Below, one piece after another: positions 26,101 through 38,628 of a stretch of DNA of 64,000 nucleotides (positions within the stretch are counted from its first letter, which is position 1; every line of letters starts with the position of its first letter). The notes under the pieces are model-generated. The model did no database searches. It saw nothing but the letters and a program-made list of their open reading frames with translations, and was not told the DNA's origin. This stretch comes from Pecten maximus. Lineage: Eukaryota. The DNA is taken from assembly GCF_902652985.1 (NCBI RefSeq), contig NC_047025.1:29388001-29452000 (forward strand), read 5' to 3'. The translations under genes were made by a program, and so were the position numbers.

Positions 26101-29100
26101 TGAGGGGGCTTGTTACAGAGCTGTGTGAGGGGGCTTGCTACTTACAGAGCTGTGTGAGGGGGCTTATTACTTACAGAACTGTGTGAGGAGGCTTGTTACT
26201 TACAGAGCTGTGTGAGTGAGCTTGTTACTTACAGAGCTGTGTGAGGGAGCTTATTACTTACAGAGCTGTGTGAGTGAGCTTGTTACTTACAGAGCTGTTT
26301 GCCGAGGCTTATTACTTACAGAGCTGTGTGAGGAGGCTGGTTACTTACAGAGCTGTGTGAAGGGGCTTATTACTTACAGAGCTGTGTGAGTGAGCTTGTT
26401 ACTTACAGAGATGTGTGAGGGAGCTTGTTACTTATAGAGCTGTGTGAGGGGGAATTGTTACTTACAGAGCTGTGTGAGGAGGCTTGTTACATACAGAGCT
26501 GTGTGAGGGGGCTTGTTACTTACAGAGCTGTGTGAGGGAGCTTGTTACTTACAGAGCTGTGTGAGGAGACTAGTTACTTACAGAGCTGTGTGAGTGAGCT
26601 TTTTACTTACAGAGCTGTGTGGTGAGGGGGCTTGTTACTTACAGAGCTGTGCGAGGGGGCTTGTTACTTACAGAGCTGTGTGAGGAGGCTTGTTACTTAC
26701 AGAGCTGTGTGAGTAAGCTTGTTACTTACATAGCAGTGTGGTGAGGGGGTTTGTTACTTACAGAGCTGTGCGAGGAGGCTTGTTACTTACAGAACTGTGT
26801 GAGTGAGCTTGTTACTTACAGAGCTGTGTGAGGGGGCTTATTACTTACAGAGCTGTGTGGGTGAGCTTGTTACTTACAGAGCTGTGTGAGGGGGCTTATT
26901 ACTTACAGAGCTGTGTGAGGAGGCTTGTTACTTACAGAGCTGTGTGAGGGGGCTTATTACTTACAGAGCTGTGTGAGGGGGCTTGTTACTTAAAGAGCTG
27001 TGTGAGGGGGCTTGTTACTTACAGAGCTGTGTGAGTGAGCTTGTTACTTACAGAGCTGTGTGAGTGAGCTTGTTACTTACAGAGCTGTGTGAGTGAGCTT
27101 GTTACTTACAGAGCTGTGTGAGGGGACTTGTTACTTACAGAGCTGTGTGAGGGGGCTTGTTACTTACAGAGCTGTGTGAGGGCGTTTGTTACTTATAGAG
27201 CTGTGTGAGGGCGTTTGTTACTTATAGAGCTGTGTGAGGAGGGTTTTTACTTACAGAGCTGTGTGAGTAAGCTTGTTACTTACAGAGCTGTGTGAGGGGG
27301 CTTGTTACTTACAGAACTGTGTGAGTGAGCTTGTTACTTACAGAGCTGTGTGAGGGAGCTTATTACTTACAGAGCTGTGTGAGTGAGCTTGTTACTTACA
27401 AAGCTGTTTGCGGAGGCTTATTACTTACAGAGCTGTGTGAGGAGGCTGGTTACTTACAGAGCTGTGTGAAGGGGCTTATTACTTACAGAGCTGTGTGAGT
27501 GAGCTTGTTACTTACAGAGCTGTGTGAGGGGGCTTATTACTTACAAAGCTGTGTGAGGGAGCTTGTTACTTACAGAGCTGTGTGAGGGGGCTTGTTACTT
27601 ACAGAGCTGTGTGAGTAAGCTTGTTACTTACAGAGCTGTGTGAGGGGACTAGTTACTAACAGAGCTGTGTTAGGGGACTTGTTGCTTACAGAGCTGTGTG
27701 AGGGAGCTTGTTACTTACAGAGCAGTGTGAGGGGGCTTGTTACTTATAGAGCTGTGTGAGTGAGCTTGTTACTTACAGAGCTGTGTGAGGGGGCTTGTTA
27801 CCTACAGAGCTGTGTGAGGAGGCTTGTTACTTACAGAGCTGTGTGAGGGAGCTTGTTACTTACAGAGCTGTGTTAGGGGACTTGTTACTTACAGAGCTGT
27901 GTGAGGGAGCTTGTTACTTACAGAGCTGTGTGAGGGGGCTTGTTACTTACAGAGCTGTGTGAGGGGGCTTGTTACTTACAGAGCTGTGTGAGGGGACTAG
28001 TTACTTACAGAGCTGTGTGAGTGAGCTTGTTACTAACAGAGCTGTGTGAGGGAGCTTGTTACTTACAGAGCAGTGTGGTGAGGGGGCTTGTTACTTAGAG
28101 CTGTGTGAGTAAGCTTGTTACTAACAGAGCTGTGTGAGGGGGCTTGTTACTTACAGAGCTGTGTGAGGGAGCTTGTTACTAACAGAGCTGTTTGAGGGAG
28201 CTTGTTACTTACAGAGCTGTGTGAGGGAGCTTGTTACTTACAGAGCTGTGTTAGGGGGCTTGTTACTTACAGAGCTGTGTGAGTGAGCTTGTTACTTACA
28301 GAGCTGTGTGAGGGGACTAGTTACTTACAGAGCTGTGTGAGGGAGCTTGTTACTTACAGAGCTGTGTGAGGGAGCTTGTTACTTACAGAGCTGTGTGAGG
28401 GAGCTTGTTACTAACACAGCTGTGTGAGGGGGCTTGTTACAGAGCTGTGTGAGGGCGCTTGTTACTTACAGAGCTATGTGAGGGGCCCTGTTACTTACAG
28501 AGCTGTGTGAGGGGGCTTGTTACTTACAGAGCTGTGTGAGGGGGCTTGTTACTTACAGAGCTGTGTGAGGGGGCTTATTACATACAGAGCTGTGTGAGGG
28601 AGCTTGTTACTTACAGAGCTGTGTGAGGGAGCTTGTTACTTACAGAGCTGTGTGAGGGAGCTTGTTACTTACAGAGCTGTTTGGGAAGGGGGGGGGGGGC
28701 TTATTACTTACAGAGCTGTGTGAGGGAGCTTATTACTTACAGAGCTGTGTGAGGGAGCTTATTACTTACAGAGCTGTGTGAGGGAGGCTTGTCTCTGAAA
28801 TAAACTCCAGGTATTACCATCTTTTTTTGCTCCTCTCCCTCTGTAAAAACAAAACACCATTCCTGTAGCTAGTATCAATACTTCCTATATAACAAAACTA
28901 TATTATTATTAAAGATAACAACATGCATTATTACTGAGAGACATCATCTTTACCAGGGATTAATAAATATTGATTATATTTATTGTATTGTTTATCAAAT
29001 GGTAGGTTCCTAATCCACACATGCTTCCTTTAAGTAGAGCATCACAGTGTAACAAATAATGTAACTGTAAATGGAGCGGGTTACTGATGCTTGTTGAGTG

Positions 29101-32100
29101 TTAAAAAGTGTTTCTCACTCAGCTTCAGGTGGTATGGCCATGAATTAGCATGCTGGAGACCAGGGTGAATTCCTGTCAGGGCACTTGTTTTCCCTGTTCT
29201 TTCACATTCAAACAACTAAAAACCCATGGTACTAGGTATGAAGAGTCTCGAGTTGAGCTTTTATGTTAAGAAAAACAGGAGGAGTATTGTACAGTAAAAG
29301 GAACGGTCAACGGTGCTTGTACATAGTGTTAAATAAAGTCTCTGTCACACAGCTGACGGAGTATGTTTCTTTAGCTCGGGATTCCTTGAAGTACCCCCCT
29401 GGTGCCCCAGTATTTGTGGTATCATGCAGTTAACTGTGTAGTAAACCCTTCTGGTGCCAAAGGATTTGTGATAACATGTGGTAAACCCTGTAATACACCC
29501 CAGTGGTTACCGCAAACTTGTGATGACTGTGTAGTATACCCCACTGGTGCCCCTAGACTTGTGATGACAGTGTACTATACCCCACTGGTGCCCCAAGACT
29601 TGTGATGACTGTGCACTATACCCCACTGGTGCCCCTAGACTTGTGATGACTGTATAGTATACCCCACTGGTGCCCCTAGACTTGTGATGACTGTGTAGTA
29701 TACCCCACTGGTGCCCCTAGACTTGTGATGACTGTGTAGTATACCCCACTGGTGCCCCTAGACTTGTGAAGTCTTACCCTGTAGTAATAGCCTGGCCAGA
29801 GTTGACATGTCTGTAGCTGGATCCTGACAATAGAACTGTGTTATAGCTGACCCCCAAACAGTGTTACCGGCCCTGGAGATATAGATCAGAATTACATATT
29901 ATGGAATATTATAAAACATCACAGGCTAAAAAGTACAAAAAGGCCCAAAGTACATGCATACACAGAAATAAATCAAAAGATAATTATCACTTTCTTCTAT
30001 GAGTTTCCTTTTTTGTTGCTCCATTCCGTGCAAGATTAGGCCTACTTAAAATCAAAAAAATATTGTATAATATTTTGTGTTTTTATACAAATTTAAATCT
30101 CAAAGCTTTGTATTTAAGTACTTAAATACCTCTTTGATACTACTAAACAGCCCTAAAACTAGATTTGAAGGAAATAATAGTGAGGTTTTCCCCAAACTCT
30201 ATCTTTATCATGAGTACAACCTGTACTCACCACACTGCTGTTCCCAGTCCGCTCCCTACATTATACATCGCACTAGGCTGGAAGTCTGGATTACGTTTCT
30301 CAATCTACAGCACAAAACAGTGAGGTAGTTGTTATATTACATATATCAAAATATAACACATGTCTATATCAATGTGTTTCTAGATATATATTAACTACAT
30401 TCATACAAGTAATATATTTCAAATGCTATGCTAATAAAAGTGAACAGTAGAGACTTGATTGACTGGTGTAGGAGGTGATACCTGGTATATAAGTGACTCG
30501 TGTAGGAAGTGATACCTGGTATATAAGTGACTCGTGTAGGAGGTGATGCCTGGTACATAAGTGACTGGTGTAGGAGGTGATACCTGGTATATAAGTGACT
30601 CGTGTAGGAGGTGATACCTGGTATATAAGTGACTCGTGTAGGAGGTGATACCTGGTATATAAGTGACTCGTGTAGGAGGTGATACCTGGTATATAAGTGA
30701 CTCGTGTAGGACGTGATACCTGGTATATAAGTGACTCGTGTAGGAGGTGATATCTGGTATATAAGTGACTCGTGTAGGAGGTGAAACCTGGTACATAAGT
30801 GACTCGTGTAGGAGGTGATACCTGGTATATAAGTGACTCGTGTAGGAGGTTATACCTGTTATATAAGTGACTCGTGTAGGAGGTGATACCTGGTATATAA
30901 GTGACTCGTGTAGGAGTTGATACCTGGTATATAAGTGACTCGTGTAGGACGTGATACCTGGTATATAAGTGACTCGTGTAGGAGGTGATACCTGGTATAT
31001 AAGTGACTCGTGTAGGAGGTGAAACCTGGTATATAAGTGACTGGTGTAGGAGGTGATACCTGGTATATAAGAGAGTCGTGTAGGAGGTGATACCTGGTAT
31101 ATAACTGTCTCCTGTAGGAGGTGATACCTGGTATATAAGAGAGTCGTGTAGGACGTGATACCTGGTATATAACTGTCTCCTGTAGGAGGTGATACCTGGT
31201 ATATAAGTGACTCGTGTAGGAGGTTATACCTGTTATATAAGTGACTCGTGTAGGAGGTGATACCTGGTATATAAGAGAGTCGTGTAGGACGTGATACCTG
31301 GTATATAACTGTCTCCTGTAGGAGGTGATACCTGGTATATAAGTGACTCGTGTAGGAGGTTATACCTGGTATATAAGTGACTCGTGTAGGAGGTGAAACC
31401 TGGTATATAAGTGACTGGTGTAGGAGGTGATACCTGGTATATAAGAGAGTCGTGTAGGAGGTGATACCTGGTATATAACTGTCTCCTGTAGGAGGTGATA
31501 CCTGGTATATAAGTGACTCGTGTAGGAGGTTATACCTGTTATATAAGTGACTCGTGTAGGACGTGATACCTGGTATATAAGTGACTCGTGTAGGAGGTGA
31601 TACCTGGTATATAAGTGACTCGTGTAGGACGTGATACCTGGTATATAAGTGACTGGTGTAGGAGGTGATACCTGGTATATAAGTGACTCGTGTAGGAGGT
31701 GATACCTGGTATATAAGTGACTCGTGTAGGAGGTGATACCTGGTATATAAGTGACTGGTGTAGGAGGTGATACCTGGTATATAAGAGAGTCGTGTAGGAG
31801 GTGATACCTGGTATATAACTGTCTCCTGTAGGAGGTGATACCTGGTATATAAGAGAGTCGTGTAGGACGTGATACCTGGTATATAACTGTCTCCTGTAGG
31901 AGGTTATACCTGGTATATAAGTGACTGGTGTAGGAGGTGATACCTGGTATATAGGTGACTCGTGTAGGAGGTGATACCTGGTATATAAGTGACTCGTGTA
32001 GGTGGTGATACCTGGTATATAAGTGACTCGTGTAGGAGGTGATACCTGGTACATAAGTGACTCGTGTAGGAGGTGATACCTGGTATATAAGTGACTCGTG

Positions 32101-35100
32101 TAGGAGGTGATACCTGGTATATAAGTGACTCGTGTAGGACGTGATACCTGGTATATAAGTGACTCGTGTAGGACGTGATACCTGGTATATAAGTGACTCG
32201 TGTAGGAGGTGATACCTGGTATATAAATAATAAGTGACTCGTGTAGGTGGTGATACCTGGTACATAAGTGACTCGTGTAGGAGGTGATACCTGGTACATA
32301 AGTGACTCGTGTAGGAGGTGATACCTGGTATATAAGTGACTCGTGTAGGAGGTGATACCTGGTACATAAGTGACTCGTGTAGGAGGTGATACCTGGTATA
32401 TAAGTGACTCGTGTAGGAGGTGATACCTGGTATATAAGTGACTCGTGTAGGAGGTTATACCTGGTATATAAGTGACTCGTGTAGGAGGTGATACCTGGTA
32501 TATAAGTGACTCGTGTAGGAGTTGATACCTGGTATATAAGTGACTCGTGTAGGAGGTGATACCTGGTATATAAGTGACTCGTGTAGGAAGTGATACCTGG
32601 TATATAAGTGACTCGTGTAGGAGGTGATGCCTGGTACATAAGTGACTGGTGTAGGAGGTGATACCTGGTATATAAGTGACTCGTGTAGGAGGTGATACCT
32701 GGTATATAAGTGACTCGTGTAGGAGGTGATACCTGGTATATAAGTGACTCGTGTAGGAGGTGATACCTGGTATATAAGTGACTCGTGTAGGACGTGATAC
32801 CTGGTATATAAGTGACTCGTGTAGGAGGTGATATCTGGTATATAAGTGACTCGTGTAGGAGGTGAAACCTGGTACATAAGTGACTCGTGTAGGAGGTGAT
32901 ACCTGGTATATAAGTGACTCGTGTAGGAGGTTATACCTGTTATATAAGTGACTCGTGTAGGAGGTGATACCTGGTATATAAGTGACTCGTGTAGGAGTTG
33001 ATACCTGGTATATAAGTGACTCGTGTAGGACGTGATACCTGGTATATAAGTGACTGGTGTAGGAGGTGATACCTGGTATATAAGTGACTCGTGTAGGAGG
33101 TGATACCTGGTATATAAGTGACTCGTGTAGGAGGTGAAACCTGGTATATAAGTGACTGGTGTAGGAGGTGATACCTGGTATATAAGAGAGTCGTGTAGGA
33201 GGTGATACCTGGTATATAACTGTCTCCTGTAGGAGGTGATACCTGGTATATAAGAGAGTCGTGTAGGACGTGATACCTGGTATATAACTGTCTCCTGTAG
33301 GAGGTGATACCTGGTATATAAGTGACTCGTGTAGGAGGTTATACCTGTTATATAAGTGACTCGTGTAGGAGGTGATACCTGGTATATAAGAGAGTCGTGT
33401 AGGACGTGATACCTGGTATATAACTGTCTCCTGTAGGAGGTGATACCTGGTATATAAGTGACTCGTGTAGGAGGTTATACCTGGTATATAAGTGACTCGT
33501 GTAGGAGGTGAAACCTGGTATATAAGTGACTGGTGTAGGAGGTGATACCTGGTATATAAGAGAGTCGTGTAGGAGGTGATACCTGGTATATAACTGTCTC
33601 CTGTAGGAGGTGATACCTGGTATATAAGTGACTCGTGTAGGAGGTTATACCTGTTATATAAGTGACTCGTGTAGGACGTGATACCTGGTATATAAGTGAC
33701 TCGTGTAGGAGTTGATACCTGGTATATAAGTGACTCGTGTAGGACGTGATACCTGGTATATAAGTGACTGGTGTAGGAGGTGATACCTGGTATATAAGTG
33801 ACTCGTGTAGGAGGTGATACCTGGTATATAAGTGACTCGTGTAGGAGGTGAAACCTGGTATATAAGTGACTGGTGTAGGAGGTGATACCTGGTATATAAG
33901 AGAGTCGTGTAGGAGGTGATACCTGGTATATAACTGTCTCCTGTAGGAGGTGATACCTGGTATATAAGAGAGTCGTGTAGGACGTGATACCTGGTATATA
34001 ACTGTCTCCTGTAGGAGGTTATACCTGGTATATAAGTGACTGGTGTAGGAGGTGATACCTGGTATATAGGTGACTCGTGTAGGAGGTGATACCTGGTATA
34101 TAAGTGACTCGTGTAGGTGGTGATACCTGGTATATAAGTGACTCGTGTAGGAGGTGATACCTGGTACATAAGTGACTCGTGTAGGAGGTGATACCTGGTA
34201 TATAAGTGACTCGTGTAGGAGGTGATACCTGGTATATAAGTGACTCGTGTAGGACGTGATACCTGGTATATAAGTGACTCGTGTAGGACGTGATACCTGG
34301 TATATAAGTGACTCGTGTAGGAGGTGATACCTGGTATATAAATAATAAGTGACTCGTGTAGGTGGTGATACCTGGTACATAAGTGACTCGTGTAGGAGGT
34401 GATACCTGGTACATAAGTGACTCGTGTAGGAGGTGATACCTGGTATATAAGTGACTCGTGTAGGAGGTGATACCTGGTATATAAGTGACTCGTGTAGGAG
34501 GTGATACCTGGTATATAAGTGACTCGTGTAGGAGGTGATACCTGGTATATAAGTGACTCGTGTAGGAGGTTATACCTGGTATATAAGTGACTCGTGTAGG
34601 AGGTGATACCTGGTATATAAGTGACTCGTGTAGGAGTTGATACCTGGTATATAAGTGACTCGTGTAGGAGGTGATACCTGGTATATAAGTGACTCGTGTA
34701 GGACGTGATACCTGGTATATAAGTGACTCGTGTAGGACGTGATACCTGGTATATAAGTGACTCGTGTAGGAGGTGATACCTGGTATATAAATAATAAGTG
34801 ACTCGTGTAGGTGGTGATACCTGGTACATAAGTGACTCGTGTAGGAGGTGATACCTGGTACATAAGTGACTCGTGTAGGAGGTGATACCTGGTATATAAG
34901 TGACTCGTGTAGGAGGTGATACCTGGTACATAAGTGACTCGTGTAGGAGGTGATACCTGGTATATAAGTGACTCGTGTAGGAGGTGATACCTGGTATATA
35001 AGTGACTCGTGTAGGAGGTTATACCTGGTATATAAGTGACTCGTGTAGGAGGTGATACCTGGTATATAAGTGACTCGTGTAGGAGTTGATACCTGGTATA

Positions 35101-38100
35101 TAAGTGACTCGTGTAGGAGGTGATACCTGGTATATAAGTGACTCGTGTAGGACGTGATACCTGGTATATAAGTGACTGGTGTAGGAGGTGATACCTGGTA
35201 TATAAGTGACTCGTGTAGGACGTGATACCTGGTATATAAGTGACTCGTGTAGGACGTGATACCTGGTATATAAGTGGTATACCTGGTATATAAGTGACTC
35301 GTGTAGGAGGTGATACCTGGTATATAAGTGTCTGGTGTAGGTGGTGATACCTGGTATATAAGTGACTCGTGTAGGAGGTGATACCTGGTATATACATTAT
35401 GTACCTTGATGGATATGTTGATGTATTGTACCTACCTCATTTAGACATGTCCGGATGATACTATAGTTCTTGGCCAAGCGAGCAACGAGATACACAATAG
35501 TGGTATAACCTGTGTAGCTAACAAAGAAAGTCACAGAATTCATGATTAGTATATTGAATACCACAACTATAAATGTTTGATATAGCTATACAACCTTACC
35601 AGATACCAAGGCACATGTATGTCTAAATCTGGATGTAACACTGGATATAATGTTTTGGTCAGGATTTTTAATGCTTTGCATAAATCCACAATTTTGTTTC
35701 CATACGAAATGTACATGCATCAAAAAATAAAACATTCAAAATAACTGGTAAGATATAAAACATCTCAGATTGTATTTTGACTTTTCTTTTTAAGTTGTCA
35801 AAATATCTTGTGATTATCACTCTTTAAAATAATTGATAATTTTGAGTTTTATATATAGCTACTATAAATCAAAGCAATATAGCCATCTAAAGCAGTTCAC
35901 AAAGTATCATCTGTGGTTAGTGGGCCTTTATCAACTAGACAATATCTTTCTCACCTCCCTGGGGAGCATACAGCTGGAGCTGCCATTTCAGCACAAACAG
36001 CTTACACATGACATTTCTTACACTGCCCTATCACCTACTTCTTGTTTTCTTCATGAATGTTTATGATAGTATATGTAACAAGTTTAAAGTGTTTCAACCA
36101 CAACAACTTGAATCTTACTCGACAGACTTCTGTAAGTGTGTAGTGTGTCGGAGAATCTGCTGTATTTTACTTTTCCTGTTCAAAAGGAAAACTTTCCGTT
36201 CCTCCTCACTCATAGTGGATGGGTCTTTTTTATCTGAAACACAAACGATAACAATTGATAAATGCTTCTTCATGACAACAAGTCTTCATTCTATCACAGT
36301 GTCAATTCTGTTTACATTACAAGGAGTTACTTCCCTTCATTTCAATTTATTGCAACAATGTACAAAATATATTTATCTCTACTAAATATATATGCTTTGG
36401 ACATTTTGTTTTACATAATAGCCTACATCTCTGTACTGTATTTTATTTTGCAGATATATTCTTTACCCAGGATTTGGTTTCCTGGTTCCAAAGATCATTC
36501 AAATCAAACATTCAATGAAAACATTCAATATCACTTCCCAGTCTATATTTTGTCTATTGGGTAATAAGTTCTGCCTCCAGTTCTGCTCCATACTTAAGTT
36601 ATACAATATACTGGTACCTATCATGGAATGAGGTTATATACATGTATTACTTATATAAATGATGCGTTTACTTTTCTTTTCCAATTTCTGATTGATCACA
36701 GCCACTTTATCTCGCAACACCTCTGGTTCTGGTGGGGGATGACGACCCATGATGCTAGCGTCAAACTTCTTAGCTTCCTCTGCTGTAGATCTCTTTCCAT
36801 ACTCTGTAACATTGTGTTAAGGTAATTTACTATACATCTGCAATTAATGTTCATACACACATGACATTAGAACCTTGTCATCAACTTCCTTTTGTGTGTC
36901 ATTTTTCATATATTCTATATTTTACCAATTAACAAAAATTTGATTTCCTTGCTACCTTTAACAAGTGCAATCAATGATTGCGAAAGCTCACCGGCAGCAG
37001 CAATCACACTATGCATTCATTTTTTATGTATGTATAAGCATGTCATTTTGAAATTGTATGTCACATAATATCGCTCCTAGACCTCTAAACCAAATAAGAA
37101 GGGTGTGGACTTACAAGCTTTCCAAAACTAACCCTTAAAAACTTTAAAGTGGGTTTTGGTGCCAAAAAAGTTAAGTCCACAAAATGGTAAAATGCGAAAA
37201 AATCACAATTTTTTTCTGCAGGATTTTGCCATAACATCACTCCTAGACCTCTAATGAATGTATAAACCAAATTAGAAGGGCATGAGGTATATACTTTTGG
37301 AATACCAGCTTTCCAAAAACTTCCCCAAAAACTTTAAAGTTTTGGGGTGGGACGCAGACGCCGGGGTGACAGCATTAGCTCTCGATTACTCGTTACCGGT
37401 GAGCTAAAAATGTTGTCAAAAAAGGAGATGATTTCTAAAAAAAAAAGTTATTGGAAGCAAACTATCTTGATCATGCAACTCGGAACTCATCCTGGAAGTC
37501 TTTCAACCAATGAATGGTCGGGTGGCAGTGCTAACACACTTGCCTTTCACCTAGGTGGCTGGGGCTCAAATCCCTGATCGGAAATATAAGCTGATATAAC
37601 TAGTTTCGCAATTGTCGAAAAATAACTATATATCTAAATAAAGCTGACATTTTTCTTCCAATAAAGGGTCCTTAGTGAGGTTATTTCATATTGAAGCCAA
37701 TTTCTCCAATCACTAATTTTCTTCTCTAAAAGAAGCAAGAAGAATGCCATCTCTATATATAGCCCTGCAGCTACAAGGTTATAGAGAAGAAAAATAAAAC
37801 ATTAGTTACATAAGTACTCACTTTGTGTTACAATATCTACAGCATTCACTAACTTAGTAGGTAAAGGAAGTAGCTTATTTTGTGCCAAACGTCCTGGATG
37901 GTTTCTTCTTTTAATATTGTCCATTTCCATTTTTTCCAGGACTTCCTCTTCAATGTTAATATCATGTGGAAACTGAAGTTCATCCTGAGCATACTGTCAA
38001 ACATACCAAACAAAAACACATTATTACAGAACACAGAAATCACATGACTCTCATTCCAGGTGACCTATTGTTTTCAAAAACATTGCCATATGATGTACTA

Positions 38101-38436
38101 AAATGTAGCCAGACAATGAACCTTGGAGAGAATTGATCACAATAAAATACCGGTGTTATCCCAGCTAATGATGCTGCGTGGAAAGAATGTGTGTTTAAAA
38201 AGGTCTGTTTTAGTGTATGTCATAGTATGTATTTGTTTTAATTTATGTTCAGGCTATGGAAAGTACAAACAAAATCTTGAATAAATTATCGGTAGTTTCA
38301 AGTCAATGTTCAGTGGAGTGGAAAACCTTCAAATCATATGGCACCTTACCCCTCTTCTAAACACTCCGTGTAGTAATTTACTGTATGTCAATGACAAGCG
38401 ACAGGATGCCATGCGCCCCTGCATGGCGGCTGCCAT
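20192..38436 (-). CDS. METTL17: Methyltransferase-like protein 17, mitochondrial (Rsm22 family, mitoribosome small-subunit assembly factor), 15 exons, ~578 aa
   Basis: Exons (minus) 38436-38350, 37993-37822, 36803-36672, 36233-36119, 35517-35436, 30304-30231, 29872-29778, 28840-28770, 25053-24946, 23768-23700, 23178-23131, 22771-22676, 22100-22031, 20943-20823, 20588-20192; total 1737 nt, in frame. Arg-rich mitochondrial-targeting-like N-terminus, RNPDFQP..GSGLGTAVWA, IPGVYFR, VVSAFTLLEQPS, LVLIENGSYAGH, HVFAPCPHDMKCP, KWPRIV..HTHCRMCC, WGD. Confidence 0.92.
21063..21698 (-). mobile_element. Helentron/HINE-type remnant
   Basis: Repeated TACCAAAT(C/T)TCATCAAA...AAATGGC units; ends in CACCTAAGTCTCGC...GGGAGACAAAAA, which is a HINE 5' end on the minus strand. 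Confidence 0.55.
22442..22578. mobile_element. Short inverted-repeat element (MITE-like)
   Basis: GGTCTGTTCCATAGACAGG...CCTGTCTATGGAACAGACC arms of ~30 bp. Confidence 0.7.
23860..24966 (-). repeat. 33-bp minisatellite (~33 copies) built from the METTL17 exon 9 end and donor
   Basis: Sense unit TACCTG|GTAACCTTTTCTAATGTGACCTCTGTG; the exon ends ATGACCTCGGAATACCTG|GTAACC at 24946. Confidence 0.95.
25555..28790 (-). repeat. 29-bp satellite (~110 copies) built from the METTL17 exon 8 end and donor
   Basis: Sense unit AAGCTCCCTCACACAGCTCT|GTAAGTAAC; the exon ends AAGCCTCCCTCACACAGCTCT|GTAAGT at 28770. Confidence 0.96.
29395..29772. repeat. 41-bp tandem repeat (~6 intact plus degenerate copies) abutting the METTL17 exon 7 donor
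   Basis: Unit GACTTGTGATGACTGTGTAGTATACCCCACTGGTGCCCCTA. Confidence 0.9.
30460..35394. repeat. 34-bp satellite (~145 copies, ~4.9 kb) filling METTL17 intron 5
   Basis: Unit GTGACTCGTGTAGGAGGTGATACCTGGTATATAA with variant units and a ~2.1-kb higher-order duplication. Confidence 0.97.
36960..37410 (-). mobile_element. Non-autonomous Helentron/HINE-type element
   Basis: AACAAG plus hairpin GCAATC-AAT-GATTGC and AGCTCACCGG at the left end; CCGGTGAGCTAAAAA at the right end; internal ~170-bp duplicated unit. Confidence 0.7.
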
Positions 38437-38628
38437 ATTGTTTTCTGTTCGGAAGCTCTTTATCTTAACCCATATAATTACGGAAAAGTCTTAATGTATT
38501 CCGAAAAATAATTGACTCTAGGTCTTTTGCGTGTTTTAAAGGAACGCTTTTATGCTATAGCCATTTGAACGCAGAATTGACACCGAGACGAGAAAGTTGG
38601 AGCTGTTGCTGTTTCTTCACTTAAGAAG
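38437..38628. promoter_or_regulatory. Probable bidirectional promoter shared by METTL17 and MVD
   Basis: Divergent start codons only 192 bp apart. A YY1-like CATGGCGGC core lies at 38422-38430 at the METTL17 start, and there are ETS-like CGGAA motifs near 38450 and 38481. Confidence 0.7.

Noticed and set aside
25555-35394. 29- and 34-bp arrays as CRISPR arrays
   Set aside because: The units are head-to-tail with no unique spacers, there are no cas genes, and the context is eukaryotic intron.
30431-35397. Many 120-425 aa ORFs (YQVSPPTRVTYIPGITSYTSHL...)
   Set aside because: They are translations of the 34-bp satellite cycling through three frames inside a METTL17 intron, with no unique sequence.
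35955-36010. Exon-like segment with a GTGAG donor in METTL17 intron 4
   Set aside because: The flanking exons already join in frame; the sequence looks more like a SINE core fragment.
37517-37581. tRNA-like sequence (similar traces at ~5760-5845, 29115-29200 and 39170-39235)
   Set aside because: No complete cloverleaf; these are degenerate SINE heads rather than tRNA genes.
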